From NCBI RefSeq assembly GCF_006345805.1, contig NC_042999.1:139314001-139378000 (forward strand): a stretch of 64,000 nt of DNA, written 5' to 3'. Below, one piece after another: positions 63,081 through 64,000 of the stretch. Each line of letters starts with the position of its first letter. Positions within the stretch are counted from its first letter, which is position 1. A program made the translations under genes and the position numbers. This stretch comes from Octopus sinensis. Lineage: Eukaryota. The notes beneath the pieces are model-generated. The model was not told the origin of the DNA. It worked only from the letters and a program-made list of their open reading frames with translations, and did not search any database.

Positions 63081-63081
63081 G
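62925..63081. repeat. Compound trinucleotide microsatellite (CAA/CAG)-(CAC)-(CTA)n
   Basis: Direct runs. Confidence 0.95.
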
Positions 63082-63714
63082 CATTGTGAAACATCTTTGA
63101 TTCATTAACCTGATCGCCATTAAGCAATCCTATTTACTCTGCTGTACTTCAGTGATTAAATACAATTTATAAGAGCGATTATAATTGATATAATTGGTGT
63201 AAGAAATGGTTTATCAGTGTTGCAATAAATCTCCCCATAAATATAAATTAGAGTGACTCGAATGCATCATTATATTATAGCGCGATCATATTTGACCTGG
63301 AGTTAAGGCAGCTATAACTACTGTGACAGTAGGTTCGTTTGCAGTGGGTTTCGCTTGATTGATTGATTCTAGTTTCAGCTTATGAGCTGTGGCCATGCTG
63401 GGGCACCTACTTTCTCATAAATACCGTGTTTGAAATAGCAGGTAGACGCTCTTAGCTCACATTGTGCTATCTTGAATTAAGGAGACATGCGCTTTAGACC
63501 AAAGGTTCTCAACCCATTTTGGCCAAACGCCTCCTTTCAGTTCACAAGACTTATCGCGTTATGTGGTGCATGACCGCAGATCAAATGGGTATAAAAACCT
63601 AAAACAAATGTGTGTGTGTGGTTGGGTCTTTAACAGCCAGAGGTCAATTTAAGTTCAATCACAGAAAGGAATTCAAAACGGCAATGCACGCAATCATATA
63701 CATACAAGCATATC

Positions 63715-63731
63715 CACACACACACACACAC

Positions 63732-63803
<72 letters not shown>

Positions 63804-63862
63804 ACAGATACATACTGAAAATATGTATTATATATTTGCACACAAATACACATACACACACA
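63715..63862. repeat. (CA)n microsatellite
   Basis: Direct run. Confidence 0.95.
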
Positions 63863-64000
63863 TTAAGCTTTTCGCTTTATTCATTACTTTTTTTTCTTTT
63901 AATCATATGTCACTGTTTTTAGTTTTTGTTTCTGTTTTGGAGGTTTCACTTTAGCGACACTAGTTACAAGGAATTTGCTTGGTGTCGTCAAAATGGAAAA

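Noticed and set aside
62886-63127. Poly-Pro/poly-Leu or poly-Ser/Gly protein
   Set aside because: It is a translation of the triplet microsatellite.
1-64000. CRISPR array, rRNA or NUMT
   Set aside because: No regularly spaced repeat-spacer array and no rRNA or mitochondrial gene signatures were seen.

Overview
AT-rich, repeat-dense eukaryotic genomic DNA. The SINE and microsatellite repertoire resembles what I recognise from octopus (coleoid cephalopod) genomes; that assignment is an inference. Two host genes are well supported and lie tail-to-tail. COMMD10 is on the + strand with 8 coding exons (29099-43391, 198 aa, all GT-AG, reading frame continuous). POLG2, the mitochondrial DNA polymerase gamma accessory subunit, is a single ORF on the - strand (52520-53707). 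Nearly everything else is transposon-derived: Helitrons, mariner, rosa-type Tc1 and hAT relics, CRE-, Tx1/L1-, RTE- and CR1-like LINE relics, several tRNA-derived SINE families, MITEs and microsatellites. The most striking signal is a Penelope-like family whose pseudo-LTR combines a tRNA-like (Pol III A/B box) segment with a minimal, dimer-type hammerhead ribozyme. It occurs once attached to a GIY-YIG remnant (8305-9300) and once as a coding-free 470-bp palindrome flanked by a perfect 12-bp target-site duplication (49513-49982). The window is also rich in long inverted repeats: a GGATC-ended element family with 8-bp TSDs (a 384-bp MITE and a 1.3-kb foldback), a 297-bp CpG-rich hairpin, and a perfect 43-bp intronic palindrome. 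Most short ORFs in the supplied track are microsatellite or TE noise. No rRNA, intact tRNA gene or CRISPR array was found. All calls were made by eye without database searches, and repeat boundaries are approximate unless a TSD or TIR is quoted.
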